DNA from: Desulfobulbaceae bacterium UBA5121
GTDB taxonomy: Bacteria; Desulfobacterota; Desulfobulbia; Desulfobulbales; UBA5123
Length of the DNA: 64,000 nucleotides
Reading direction: 5' to 3'
Assembly (NCBI GenBank): GCA_002414225.1
Contig: DHYV01000042.1
Coordinates: 20,878 to 84,877 of the forward strand
The notes beneath the pieces were generated by a model. It had not been told where the DNA came from. It worked only from the letters and a program-made list of their open reading frames with translations, and searched no databases. The position numbers and the translations under genes were made by a program. Below are positions 1-9,095 of this stretch, piece by piece (position 1 is the stretch's first letter; every line of letters starts with the position of its first letter).

Positions 1-258
1 GAGGCGATCAACGGGGTGATCGCCAACCAACTGCGGGACAACTCCCCACCGGCCACCGCCGCGACCCTGCAACGCCTCCTCGCCGCGGGACTCCCCGAGG
101 CGGAGGCGATGCGGCTCATCGGCCTGGTGGTCGCCGCCGAGGTCATCGCCGTGCTCAGCAAGGGCGAACCCTACGACGAGGCCCGTTACGTCGCCGCCCT
201 CAACGGTCTGCCGCAGCGACTGCCGCGGCTACCGGGCGAAGAGGATTGCACGGCCTAG
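1..258 (+). CDS. C-terminal fragment of a hypothetical protein (gene begins upstream of the window)
   Basis: Frame 1 is open from base 1 to TAG at 256-258. No family recognised in the roughly 85 visible residues. Confidence 0.35.
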   Translation, partial: EAINGVIANQLRDNSPPATAATLQRLLAAGLPEAEAMRLIGLVVAAEVIAVLSKGEPYDEARYVAALNGLPQRLPRLPGEEDCTA

Positions 259-947
259 CCCTTGGCCAACTCGATCGCCTCCACCCGCACCCGGGCCGTG
301 CCCTGCCGATAAAAACCGAGCCGCTTGGCGGCCCCCATGCTGAGATCGATAATCCGCTCCCCGGAACGGGGGTTGTGGACACTGGGGAAGGGGCCGCGGT
401 CGTTGACCCGAACGATCACCGAGCGGCCGTTTTCCAGGTTGGTCACCTTGACATAGGTCGGCAGGGGAAGATACTTGTGGGCGGCAGAGAGGCCGTCGGG
501 CAGGAAACGTTCGCCATTGGCGGTCATCTGGCCGTCCTTCTGACGGCTGGTTTCATAGCCATACCAGGAAGCAACCCCCTCCTCCTGATAGTTCTCCGCC
601 GCCGCCACGCTCATCGGCTCGTACCGTTTGCCCTTGACCACATAGGGAGTGTTTTTAACCTTACCCTCCCGGATCGCCTCCTTGGGCGGCAGGTCGTCGA
701 TGGAATCGATCTCGCCGTGGGCCAGATCCCAGTCAAGCGGCGCCCGAGCCACCTCAAAGGTGAACTCGCCGATCTTGTAGATGGCCCAGGTGGTGCCGGC
801 AGAAATCTTGTAGGTGGTGGTGACCGTCCAGATGGCGCCCCGCACCAGCCGCTTGGTGAGCCGGTAAGAAGTGGAAAGCGTGGAACAACCGACCAGCAGG
901 ACGAACTCCGCCGCCAACAACACCAGGACCTGCTTGCGTTTCCTCAT
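255..947 (-). CDS. rlpA: Septal ring lytic transglycosylase RlpA family lipoprotein
   Basis: Signal peptide with lipobox LLVGC. DPBB-type core: GVASWYG...MTANGERF...AAHKYLPLPTYVKVTNLENGRSVIVRVNDRGPF. Confidence 0.8.
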   Translation of the reverse strand: MRKRKQVLVLLAAEFVLLVGCSTLSTSYRLTKRLVRGAIWTVTTTYKISAGTTWAIYKIGEFTFEVARAPLDWDLAHGEIDSIDDLPPKEAIREGKVKNTPYVVKGKRYEPMSVAAAENYQEEGVASWYGYETSRQKDGQMTANGERFLPDGLSAAHKYLPLPTYVKVTNLENGRSVIVRVNDRGPFPSVHNPRSGERIIDLSMGAAKRLGFYRQGTARVRVEAIELAKG

Positions 948-1028
948 GGCCTCGTATTATAAAAGACACCGAGGATTTGCAAAGCCCCTTTTTTCCCGCC
1001 CCACCGGGTGGAAACTCCTGGAGTCGCC

Positions 1029-1850
1029 ATGCCCTGCCGCCCCCTGCGGCGCCGCCTCGCCGCCCTCATCTTCCTCGTCCTTCTCTTCGCCTGGGGGAAA
1101 CCCTGCTCGGCCGGCTCCGATGCCCTCCTCACCATTGGCGTCGGCCCCGACTCCGTCCACCTGCTCCTGGCAGAGTTGACCGGCCTGCTCCTCAAGGCAC
1201 GCGGCCTTTCGGTCGCGGTACGGGACGGTATTCCGCCCGCCGACCTTCCCCGGCGCCTTGCCGCCGGCGAGGTGGACCTCTGTTTTATCGAGACCACCGC
1301 CCCCGCCTCCCCGGCCGACCGCGTCCCCGCCACCACCCCCCTGCCGCCGTTGCCCTTTGCCGCCGGCCAGGTGGTCGTCATGCGCCGGCAGCAAGCCGAC
1401 GCTCTCGGTATCGCCGCGGCAAGCGATCTCGCCGCCCATCCAGCCCTTCGCTACGCCGCAGCCCCCGAACTTGCCGCCCTGCGCCGGGTCTACGGCCTTT
1501 CGCCCGCCACGCCCAAGGTCGTCCCCGCCGACCTGATCTACCGGGCGCTCAGGAAGGAGAGCATCGACGTCGGCGTCGGCCGGGCCACCGACGGCCGCAT
1601 CGTTGCCTTCCGCCTCGCCATCCTCAAGGACGACCGCCTGGCCCTGACCAACTCGCGCATCATCCCCATTGTCCGCACCACCACCCTTGGCGATCACCCG
1701 GAAATCGAAGCGGAACTGACCCGCCTCGGCCGCCACCTCGACCTCACGGCGATACAACGGCTCGACGCCAACCTCCTCCTCGCCCACCGCGACGCCGACG
1801 AACTGGCCCGGGAATGGCTGAAGAGAGAAAAGCTGCTCCAGGAGAAATGA
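1029..1850 (+). CDS. Glycine betaine/osmoprotectant-type ABC transporter substrate-binding protein (OpuAC-like)
   Basis: N-terminal signal peptide (RRRLAALIFLVLLFAWG). The C-terminal region resembles the OpuAC fold (ILKDDRLALTNSRIIPIVR...IQRLDANLLL). Alternative GTG start at 1008. Confidence 0.5.
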   Translation: MPCRPLRRRLAALIFLVLLFAWGKPCSAGSDALLTIGVGPDSVHLLLAELTGLLLKARGLSVAVRDGIPPADLPRRLAAGEVDLCFIETTAPASPADRVPATTPLPPLPFAAGQVVVMRRQQADALGIAAASDLAAHPALRYAAAPELAALRRVYGLSPATPKVVPADLIYRALRKESIDVGVGRATDGRIVAFRLAILKDDRLALTNSRIIPIVRTTTLGDHPEIEAELTRLGRHLDLTAIQRLDANLLLAHRDADELAREWLKREKLLQEK

Positions 1851-1999
1851 ACAGAAGGACGCAAAGGAAGGGAAGGAAGGGCCACACCATGGCGGTGTAG
1901 ACCAAAAGAGGGGACGCAGCGCGCGTTGCCACGCGATAAGCCTGCTCCGAGGGGGGGGGGGAAGAAGTTCCGGGCCTGCCGGTGAAACCGCCTGCCGAC

Positions 2000-3031
2000 T
2001 CAGCCGGCCCAGGCCTTGGCCCGGCCCGTGGCCTTGGCCTGGTAGAGTGCCTCGTCGGCCCGTTGCAGCCACTCTTCCTTGCTCATGCCCGACCGCCACT
2101 GGACAAGGCCGATGCTGACCCCCAGCCGAGGGGCGCCCGGCGCCTGCACGGCCAGGGCGTCGACCGCGCTACAGAGGCGACCGGCCAGAATCTTGGCACT
2201 GGCGATATCGGTATCCGGCATCAGCAACTGAAACTCGTCGCCGCCGAGCCGTACCAACAGGTCGCTGGAGCGGACCATGCCGTCCAGGGAACGGGCCACC
2301 ATGCGCAACACCTTGTCCCCCTCCGCATGCCCCAAGGTGTCGTTGACCTGCTTGAAGTAATCGAGATCCATGCAGGCCAGGGTGAGCGGCCGATTATGCC
2401 GCCGGGCACTGTCCATCAGCGAATCGACGCGCTCCTCGAAAACCCGGCGGTTGGCCAGGCCGGTGAGGGAGTCACGCCGCGCCTGCTCAAAAAGATTTTC
2501 ATACTCCACCGCCCGCTGCAGCGGTTCCTGCAAGACCTCCAGCCCTTCGCTGACGCAACGGCTTTCATGGGCGCTGATCGGGCCGCCCTTCCGCAAGAGC
2601 AACAACCGCCCATCGCCCCGGTGATCGGGCACCTGCCAGCAGTAGACATGGACCCCGTCGCCCACCCAGCACATCTCACTCCCGCGGCCATCCAGGCGGG
2701 GGAGAAGTTCGTCGGCCAGGGCCATTACCAGTCGCCGATCGGGGCCGTGGCAGGAACAGAAAAGGTGCCGCCGGCCACGCACCGGGTTGTCGTAGGCAAG
2801 GAGATTGTGCTCCACCGACGGCATCAGCCAGACCGAAAACGCCTCCACCATGCTGGGCAAATCCAGTGCCCCGGCGAGACGGGCATGCAGATCGTTGATC
2901 CGCACCAACCATTCGGACTGACGGCGATAACGGTCAAGTTCTACCAGCAGCCGGTTCAAGTCCCCGTCGCTGCAAACAGCCGGGCCAGGAGTGGGCGGCA
3001 AATCGTCGGCAAAGTAGGGGGCAACGTTCAT
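2000..3031 (-). CDS. Diguanylate cyclase (GGDEF domain) with N-terminal sensor region
   Basis: RLGGDEFQLLMP active-site motif and NRRVFEERVD...LDYFKQVNDTLGH core. ATG at 3031 is preceded by AAGAGGA; the ORF track start at 3085 is less likely. Confidence 0.8.
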   Translation of the reverse strand: MNVAPYFADDLPPTPGPAVCSDGDLNRLLVELDRYRRQSEWLVRINDLHARLAGALDLPSMVEAFSVWLMPSVEHNLLAYDNPVRGRRHLFCSCHGPDRRLVMALADELLPRLDGRGSEMCWVGDGVHVYCWQVPDHRGDGRLLLLRKGGPISAHESRCVSEGLEVLQEPLQRAVEYENLFEQARRDSLTGLANRRVFEERVDSLMDSARRHNRPLTLACMDLDYFKQVNDTLGHAEGDKVLRMVARSLDGMVRSSDLLVRLGGDEFQLLMPDTDIASAKILAGRLCSAVDALAVQAPGAPRLGVSIGLVQWRSGMSKEEWLQRADEALYQAKATGRAKAWAG

Positions 3032-3435
3032 GGCCAAAATCCTCTTAAGTATGATAAGGAATGATGCCAGGGCATTCCACTGCACCGCTTCCCTTCACCA
3101 TTTAAGCCAATTCCGTGCCAGGCCGCCCAACACCTCGTAAAAAAAAAGCAACATGCCGGAACAACACGGGAACAAAATCATCCCACCCCCCGCCAACCCC
3201 TGTCCCCGCGGGCAAGAGGGAAGCCACGCCGGGAAAAAATTGCCGCCCGCTGCAGCCCTTTCCCGGTGGGCTTTACCGAGCCGGCCGCCGCCGACGGCCA
3301 CCGCCGGCGACTGTCAGCCCCTCACCTCTGCCGTCAAAATCATGACATCACCAAAAAACGGTTGCCAGCCACGCCAGGCCCCGTACAATCCACCAAGGAG
3401 CCTTGCCCGACCCAGCCGTTGTCCCGCCAACAGTC

Positions 3436-4608
3436 ATGGACATCATTCATCTCGACATGGACGCCTTTTACGCCTCGGTGGAGGTGCTTGACAATCCCGC
3501 CCTCCTCGGCCAAGCGGTGGTCGTCGGCGGCGGCTTTTCGCGCGGGGTCGTTTCCGCCGCCTCCTACGAGGCGCGTCGTTTCGGGGTTCACTCGGCCATG
3601 CCCATGGCCCTTGCCAGACAGCGCTGCCCACAGGCCGTATTCCTGCCGGTCCGCATGGACCGGTACCGGGAGGTTTCGGCCCGCATCCACGCCATCTTCC
3701 ACCGTTTCACCCCTCTGGTGGAGGCCCTTTCCCTGGACGAGGCGTTCCTCGATGTCACTGATTCCCGGGCCCTGTTCGGCCCGCCGGCAACCATCGCCGC
3801 CAGGATCAAAGAGGCCGTGCGTCAAGAAACCCGCCTCACCTGCTCGGCAGGAGTCGCCTCGGCCAAACTGGTGGCCAAGATCGCCTCGGATCTGGACAAG
3901 CCAGACGGCCTCACCGTGGTGGCACGGGGCCATGAACGGGAATTCCTCTCCCCCCTCGCCATCGAGCGGCTCTGGGGGGTGGGCAAGCAGACCCGCGAGT
4001 CATTGCGGCTCATGGGGGTAAAAACCATCGGCGACCTGAGCCGCCTGCCCGAAAAGGTTCTCTGCGACAAATTCGGCAAGGCGGGGCGGCACCTCCACCA
4101 GGCCGCCCTGGGTATCGACCCCCGGCCGGTGGTGCCGGAACGGCCGGTACAGTCGGTGGGCCACGAGGAAACCTTCGGCGTTGATCTCACCGACCCGGAC
4201 GCCATTCGCCGGGAGCTGCTCGCCCTGGCAGTGCGGGTGGCCCGCCGGCTGCGCCGCTATCAACTCCATGGCCGGACGGTTACCGTCAAGGTCAAGTACC
4301 ACGACTTCGTGCAGCGCAGCCGTTCGATTACCCTTGACCATGCCACCGACGACACCCGCACCCTTTACCGCGCGGCCCTCGGCCTGCTGCACAAAACCGA
4401 GGCCGGGACAAGGCCGGTGCGCCTCCTCGGCCTGACCGTCGACAACCTGCGCAGCGGCAGCTCCCCCCGGCAACAACCCCTCTTTTGCCAACCGGAACAC
4501 CTGGCCCCGCAGCCCGAGCTGAACAGGGCGATGGACGCCATCGCCGCGAAATACGGCAGCCACGCCGTCGTTCCGGCCACCCTGCTGGAAGACGCCCAAG
4601 GGGAATAA
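3436..4608 (+). CDS. dinB: DNA polymerase IV
   Basis: IIHLDMDAFYASVE N-terminus, SLDEAFLDVT motif and a Y-family little-finger region. Start uncertain (TTG 3403 versus ATG 3436). Confidence 0.85.
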   Translation: MDIIHLDMDAFYASVEVLDNPALLGQAVVVGGGFSRGVVSAASYEARRFGVHSAMPMALARQRCPQAVFLPVRMDRYREVSARIHAIFHRFTPLVEALSLDEAFLDVTDSRALFGPPATIAARIKEAVRQETRLTCSAGVASAKLVAKIASDLDKPDGLTVVARGHEREFLSPLAIERLWGVGKQTRESLRLMGVKTIGDLSRLPEKVLCDKFGKAGRHLHQAALGIDPRPVVPERPVQSVGHEETFGVDLTDPDAIRRELLALAVRVARRLRRYQLHGRTVTVKVKYHDFVQRSRSITLDHATDDTRTLYRAALGLLHKTEAGTRPVRLLGLTVDNLRSGSSPRQQPLFCQPEHLAPQPELNRAMDAIAAKYGSHAVVPATLLEDAQGE

Positions 4609-4688
4609 CTTGGCCGCAGGCGCCGTGACCTGCCCGGGGGAAGAGGCATCACGAACGGCGCCGCAGCGGTGGGGAAAAGGATTTTAGC

Positions 4689-5465
4689 TCACGCGCCGGT
4701 GGACGGCGGGGTGGAGGGCGGCGCGGCCTGCGCGCCGACAAAGGGCTTGCCGCCGAAGAGCCAAACCGCAACGATGCTCACCTCGTAGAGGAAGACGAGG
4801 GGAAAGGCCATCATGCACTGGTTGACCACGTCGGGGGTGGGGGTGAGGATGGCCGCGATGACAAATGCGGCCAGGAAGGCGTACTTGCGATGCTTGCTGA
4901 GGAAACGGGAGGAAACCAGTCCGAGCTTGGCGAGCATGACCATGAACACCGGCAGCTCGAAAATGACCCCGAAGGCGATGAGAAGCCGCAGGCTCAGGGA
5001 GAAGTACTCGCTCACCGTTGGCATGGGGCTTAAGAAATCGTTGGAATACCCCATGAGGAACTTGAAGGCGGGCGGGAAGACCACCAGATAGCCGAAGGCC
5101 GCCCCGGCCAGGAAGCAGAAGGCGGAAAGCAGGGCAAAGGGGAGGATCACCCGTTTCTCGTGGCGGTAGAGGCCGGGGGCGATGAATCGCCAGATCTGCA
5201 GGAAGATCACCGGGCTCGCCAGCAGTACGCCGCTGGCAAAGGCGAGCTTGAGGTAGAAGAAAAACGCCTCCTGATAGGAGGTGAAGATCAGGGTGGACTT
5301 GTCGGGCAGGACGTCGAAAAGGGGCTTGAAGAACCAAACCCCGATGGTATCCACCTCCGCATAGCAGCCGGCAAAGCAGATGCCCACCGCGATGAGGGAG
5401 ACGATGAGGCAGTTACGCAGATCGCGCAGATGTTCGGTGAGTGCCTGTTCCTGAAATTCTTCCAT
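4689..5465 (-). CDS. tatC: Twin-arginine translocase subunit TatC
   Basis: About 258 aa with six predicted TM segments. N-terminus LTEHLRDLRNCLI and ...ILTPTPDVVNQ... are typical of TatC. AGGGGGAG RBS upstream. Confidence 0.8.
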   Translation of the reverse strand: MEEFQEQALTEHLRDLRNCLIVSLIAVGICFAGCYAEVDTIGVWFFKPLFDVLPDKSTLIFTSYQEAFFFYLKLAFASGVLLASPVIFLQIWRFIAPGLYRHEKRVILPFALLSAFCFLAGAAFGYLVVFPPAFKFLMGYSNDFLSPMPTVSEYFSLSLRLLIAFGVIFELPVFMVMLAKLGLVSSRFLSKHRKYAFLAAFVIAAILTPTPDVVNQCMMAFPLVFLYEVSIVAVWLFGGKPFVGAQAAPPSTPPSTGA

Positions 5466-5815
5466 ATGCCGCTATTGCGCTCCCCCTGATTACCGTCCCC
5501 CCCGAGATGCCCGCCACCATCAACCGGAGAGGCGTCATACTACTTCCTTCCACGTCAATAGGCAAGCAAAGGTAAGCGGAACTGGAGCCGCATCTTCCGT
5601 GGGGGAGTCTCCCGACGGGCGCCTACCTGTCGTCGACCGGCCCGCATCCCTCATCACATATCGGGATCCTCTTTCACGGATCTCTGGCTCCCGCCCACAG
5701 CCCTTCAGAGCGAGAAGCGACGCTCACCTTGTTGCCTTCCCGGCGATCAGCTCCAGGCAAAACCTCCGGTTCGGCTTCCCCTTGCACTTTTTCCAGCAAC
5801 CCGTTACAAAGGGCC

Positions 5816-6703
5816 ATGTCCTCCTCAACCGATCCCCGCTTCGCGGCCGGTCTCGAACTCCTCGGCCGGCCGATTTCACCCCTGGCCCGCATCGTCCAGA
5901 TGCTCTACCTCACCGGCCCCTTCGACCGGGTGGCAGAGGTGATTGACGAACTCCGCGAGCCCATCGAGACCCATCACGCCACCTACCCCGAGCCGGCCGC
6001 CCTGCTCCGCCCCCATCTCGACATCCTCGAAACGTTCGAACGGCTCAAGCACCCCCGACCGCCGCTCGCCCGTATCATCGATGAAGACGGCTCGCCGCTT
6101 GACGCCATGGAGGCCCTGGCCCTCTATGTGGAGCAGCAGCTGCTCACCGCCGAACTCGAACGGATCAACAGCCTGCTCTGCACCCCCTGCGGCTGCACCC
6201 TCTGCTGCATCGGTCCGGGAGATGAGCAGCGGCAGAAATTCTTCGAGATTCCACTCGCCGGCCACGAAATCGAGCGCTTTCCCCTGCCCCGGGTTGAGAG
6301 CGACGCCAGCCGCGCCGGCTCTCCCCACGACGAGCCACCCCTCAGTCGCGACGGCCATCCCTTTTACCGGTCACCGGCAGCCCTCTACCACTGGCAGGAA
6401 GGCTGGAGCCTGATTCTGCCCCGCCATGCCGCCTGTCCGCACCTGAAGCCGGCAAGCGGCCACTGCGCCATCTACCCCGAGCGACCCGATGTCTGCCGCC
6501 GGCCGCAGATCTTTGCCTATGCCCTGGAGCGCTCCCCGGCCGAGGATCTCACGGTTGAGGGCCGCGCCGTACCGGGCTATCGCGCCCGCCGCAAGCTCCT
6601 GGCGGTATGGGACTGCCCCTACGTGCAGCGCCTCCAGGCGGCCATCGGCGCCTATGGCGAGGCGTGCGGCCTGGAACCGGTTTTCCGGGAAAACAAGGGG
6701 TAA
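5816..6703 (+). CDS. YkgJ-family cysteine-cluster (zinc/iron-chelating, UPF0153-like) protein
   Basis: CTPCGCTLCC (CxxCxxCC) and a distal CPHL...CAIYPERPDVCRRPQIF motif. ATG at 5816 chosen inside the longer ORF. Confidence 0.55.
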   Translation: MSSSTDPRFAAGLELLGRPISPLARIVQMLYLTGPFDRVAEVIDELREPIETHHATYPEPAALLRPHLDILETFERLKHPRPPLARIIDEDGSPLDAMEALALYVEQQLLTAELERINSLLCTPCGCTLCCIGPGDEQRQKFFEIPLAGHEIERFPLPRVESDASRAGSPHDEPPLSRDGHPFYRSPAALYHWQEGWSLILPRHAACPHLKPASGHCAIYPERPDVCRRPQIFAYALERSPAEDLTVEGRAVPGYRARRKLLAVWDCPYVQRLQAAIGAYGEACGLEPVFRENKG

Positions 6704-6731
6704 GCGGGAAGGGGCTACCCAATATATTGAC

Positions 6732-6760
6732 TTGACGCCGACGCGGAAACTGCTTAGGAT
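6732..6760 (+). promoter_or_regulatory. Candidate sigma70 promoter for the ppiD-like gene
   Basis: TTGACG (6732-6737), 17-nt spacer, TAGGAT (6755-6760). Pattern match only. Confidence 0.3.
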
Positions 6761-6902
6761 GACTCCCTGAATTTCTTCACAAAAACGACATCTTCCGGAT
6801 CGTCCACCTTTCCGTGACGACCGTTACGCCATGCTTTTCGGGAATCTTGCCGACCGAAGTCCCCCTTGCCAGGATTCCCTTTTTTAAGGAGACCCAACCG
6901 AT

Positions 6903-8798
6903 ATGCTCGATCTCTTCCGCCGCAAGGCCCAATCGCCCTATCTTCAGGCCATCATCCTGATCATCGTGCTGGTCTTCGTTTTCTGGGGGGTGGGCACCAG
7001 CAACGGCCCCGGCCGTAACGCCGTTGCCACGATCAACGGCCAAGCCATCTCCTACCAGGAATACCAGCAGACATACGACCGCATCCTCACCCGCTTCCGT
7101 GACCAGTTCGGCGGCGTGATCCCCGAACAACTCAAAAAAGCGCTCAACATCCGCCAGCAGGCCCTCAGCCAGCTCATCGACCGGACGCTGCTGCTGCAGG
7201 GGGCGGACCGCATGGGTCTCCTGGTCAGCGACGACGAGGTCCGCAAGGCCATCCAGTCCATGGGCTCCTTCCAGAACCACGGCACCTTCGACGTCGCCCG
7301 CTACAAGGCGCTGCTGGCCAGTTCCCGGCTCACCCCGGCCGGCTTCGAGGCGAACATCCGCACCGATCTGCTCACCGAGAAGGTGGCCGCCACCATCGGC
7401 CGTTTTGCCCGGGTGGCGCCAGACGAACTCACCAAACGCTTCGACTATGACTACGCGAGCGTTACCCTCGCCTATCTCGCCTTTGCGGCCAAGGAATTCA
7501 CCGGCCGGGTGACCGTAGACGACAAGGCCCTGGCCGCCTTCTTCGACAAGCACAAGGAACAGTACAAGACCGCGCCCCAGGTCAAGCTTCAGTACCTCTT
7601 CTTCTCCAGCCGGGAAGGCGCCGCCGCCCCCGACGATGCGGCCGTCAAGGCATATTACGACCAGCACCAGGCCGACTACGCCGTTGGCGAGCAGCGCCGG
7701 GTCCGCCACATCCTGATCCGCGCCACGGCCGACAACAGTGAGGAAGAACGCGCCGCCGCCCGCAAGAAGATCACCGAAATCCTTTCCCAGGCCAAGGCCG
7801 GCAAGGATTTCGCCGCCCTGGCCAAGGAATACTCCCAGGACGCCTCCGCCGCCCAGGGCGGCGACCTGGGCTTCTTCGGCCGCGGCCAGATGATCCCGGC
7901 CTTTGAGTCCGCAGCCTTTGCCTTAGACAAGCCCGGGGCGATCAGCGACGTGATCGAAACCCAGTACGGCTTCCACATCCTGCAGCTCGAAACGATCCAA
8001 CCAGCCCACCAGCGCTCCCTTGACGAGGTCAAGGAAGAAATCAGCGCCAAGCTCCAGGTCGAACAGGGCAGCGCCGTCGCCTTCAAGCAGGCCAACGACG
8101 CCTACGAGCAGATCATCCTGGCCGGCAGCCTCGCCAAGTACGCCGAAACCGGCAAGGCCGCCATCAAGAGCACCGACTTCTTCACCCGCCAGGCTCCGCC
8201 CGATGCCATGGCCGGCAAACAGGCCCTGCTTGCCGCCGCCTTCACCCTCAAGAAGGGGGAACTCAGCTCGCTCATCGACGACCACGACGGCTACGGCATT
8301 CTCTACGTCGAGGACACCAAGGCCCCCGAGGTGCCGCCCCTGGCGACGGTACGTGACCGGGTGGTGACGGATTTCACCGCCGAGGAATCCAAGCGCCTGG
8401 CCGGTGAGGCGGCCCAGACCGCCCTTGACGAACTCCGCAAGGGCACGCCGCTTGCCGACGAGGCCGCCAAGGTCGGCCGGGCCGTGCAGCAGGCCCCGCC
8501 CTTCTCCCGCCACGACCGGGCCGGGGTTACCCTGCCGGAGCCGGTCGTGGAGCAGGGGCTGGAACTCACCACCCGCACCCCCTACCCGGAAAAGGCCATC
8601 AATGGCGGCGACACCTTTTACGTCATCCACCTGGAAGGGGTAAAGGAACCCGACCCGGCGGAGTTCACCGCCAAGGAAGCCGAGCTGCGCGAGCAACTCC
8701 GCCAGGAAAACGGCAACGCCCTGATCAAGGCATGGCTCGCCTCGCTCAAGAACGCCGCCGAGATCACCCTGAACAAGGAACTGCTCAAGGAAGACTAG
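6903..8798 (+). CDS. Periplasmic chaperone / peptidyl-prolyl isomerase, PpiD-like (SurA_N + PPIC rotamase)
   Basis: N-terminal TM anchor (YLQAIILIIVLVFVFWG). Parvulin domain: VRHILI...GGDLGFFGRGQMIPAFESAAFAL...SDVIETQYGFHILQL. Confidence 0.7.
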   Translation: MLDLFRRKAQSPYLQAIILIIVLVFVFWGVGTSNGPGRNAVATINGQAISYQEYQQTYDRILTRFRDQFGGVIPEQLKKALNIRQQALSQLIDRTLLLQGADRMGLLVSDDEVRKAIQSMGSFQNHGTFDVARYKALLASSRLTPAGFEANIRTDLLTEKVAATIGRFARVAPDELTKRFDYDYASVTLAYLAFAAKEFTGRVTVDDKALAAFFDKHKEQYKTAPQVKLQYLFFSSREGAAAPDDAAVKAYYDQHQADYAVGEQRRVRHILIRATADNSEEERAAARKKITEILSQAKAGKDFAALAKEYSQDASAAQGGDLGFFGRGQMIPAFESAAFALDKPGAISDVIETQYGFHILQLETIQPAHQRSLDEVKEEISAKLQVEQGSAVAFKQANDAYEQIILAGSLAKYAETGKAAIKSTDFFTRQAPPDAMAGKQALLAAAFTLKKGELSSLIDDHDGYGILYVEDTKAPEVPPLATVRDRVVTDFTAEESKRLAGEAAQTALDELRKGTPLADEAAKVGRAVQQAPPFSRHDRAGVTLPEPVVEQGLELTTRTPYPEKAINGGDTFYVIHLEGVKEPDPAEFTAKEAELREQLRQENGNALIKAWLASLKNAAEITLNKELLKED

Positions 8799-8826
8799 CC
8801 CCTGCCCCCTGCCCTGCCCCGGACGC

Positions 8827-8868
8827 CAAAAGCCCCTTTTCCCTGTGACGGGAGAAGGGGCTTTTTCT
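8827..8868 (+). terminator. Rho-independent terminator after the ppiD-like gene
   Basis: Stem AAAAGCCCCTT / AAGGGGCTTTT followed by a T-run. Confidence 0.6.
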
Positions 8869-9095
8869 GTTTCTTTTCCCGGACACGAAAAATTGCAAAC
8901 CCCTTAAAAAGATATCCATTGCTCGGAATACTCCGCCGGATTACGCTTTTTTACTAATGTACGAACATTTTTTACGAACATCCGTCTGAGGCGTTTTCTA
9001 AGGACATCCTATCCGAAGTAATCCGGGCACCCGTATATACGCCGGCGTGCCTCGGGCTGAATTCCCAGAATTCCCACTCCAGGAGATATACCAGC

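Noticed and set aside
1951-1961. G11 homopolymer. Similar intergenic or terminal tracts: C10 at 49360-49369, and C9 at 22822-22830 covering the last Gly codons of a TPR protein.
   Set aside because: They sit in a convergent intergenic region or affect only the extreme C-terminus, so no plausible switchable reading frame or promoter spacing is involved.
957-2099. 380-aa minus-strand ORF, plus many similar long ORFs. Examples: 15036-16757 (-), 20618-22000 (+), 24874-26688 (-), 28765-30141 (+), 42429-43652 (-), 46390-48060 (-), 45689-46837 (-).
   Set aside because: Their translations are Arg/Gly/Pro/Ala-rich and low in complexity, typical of off-frame or antisense reading of high-GC DNA. Each overlaps a gene with clear family motifs on the other frame or strand.
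3086-3435. Looked for a LexA/SOS box upstream of dinB.
   Set aside because: No convincing palindrome matching any LexA consensus I know. GGTTGCCAGCC at roughly 3360 fails the Geobacter-type GGTT-N10-ACC pattern.
5466-5815. Looked for tatA/tatB small genes upstream of tatC.
   Set aside because: No ORF with the characteristic TatA/B N-terminal TM helix plus amphipathic helix was found on either strand.
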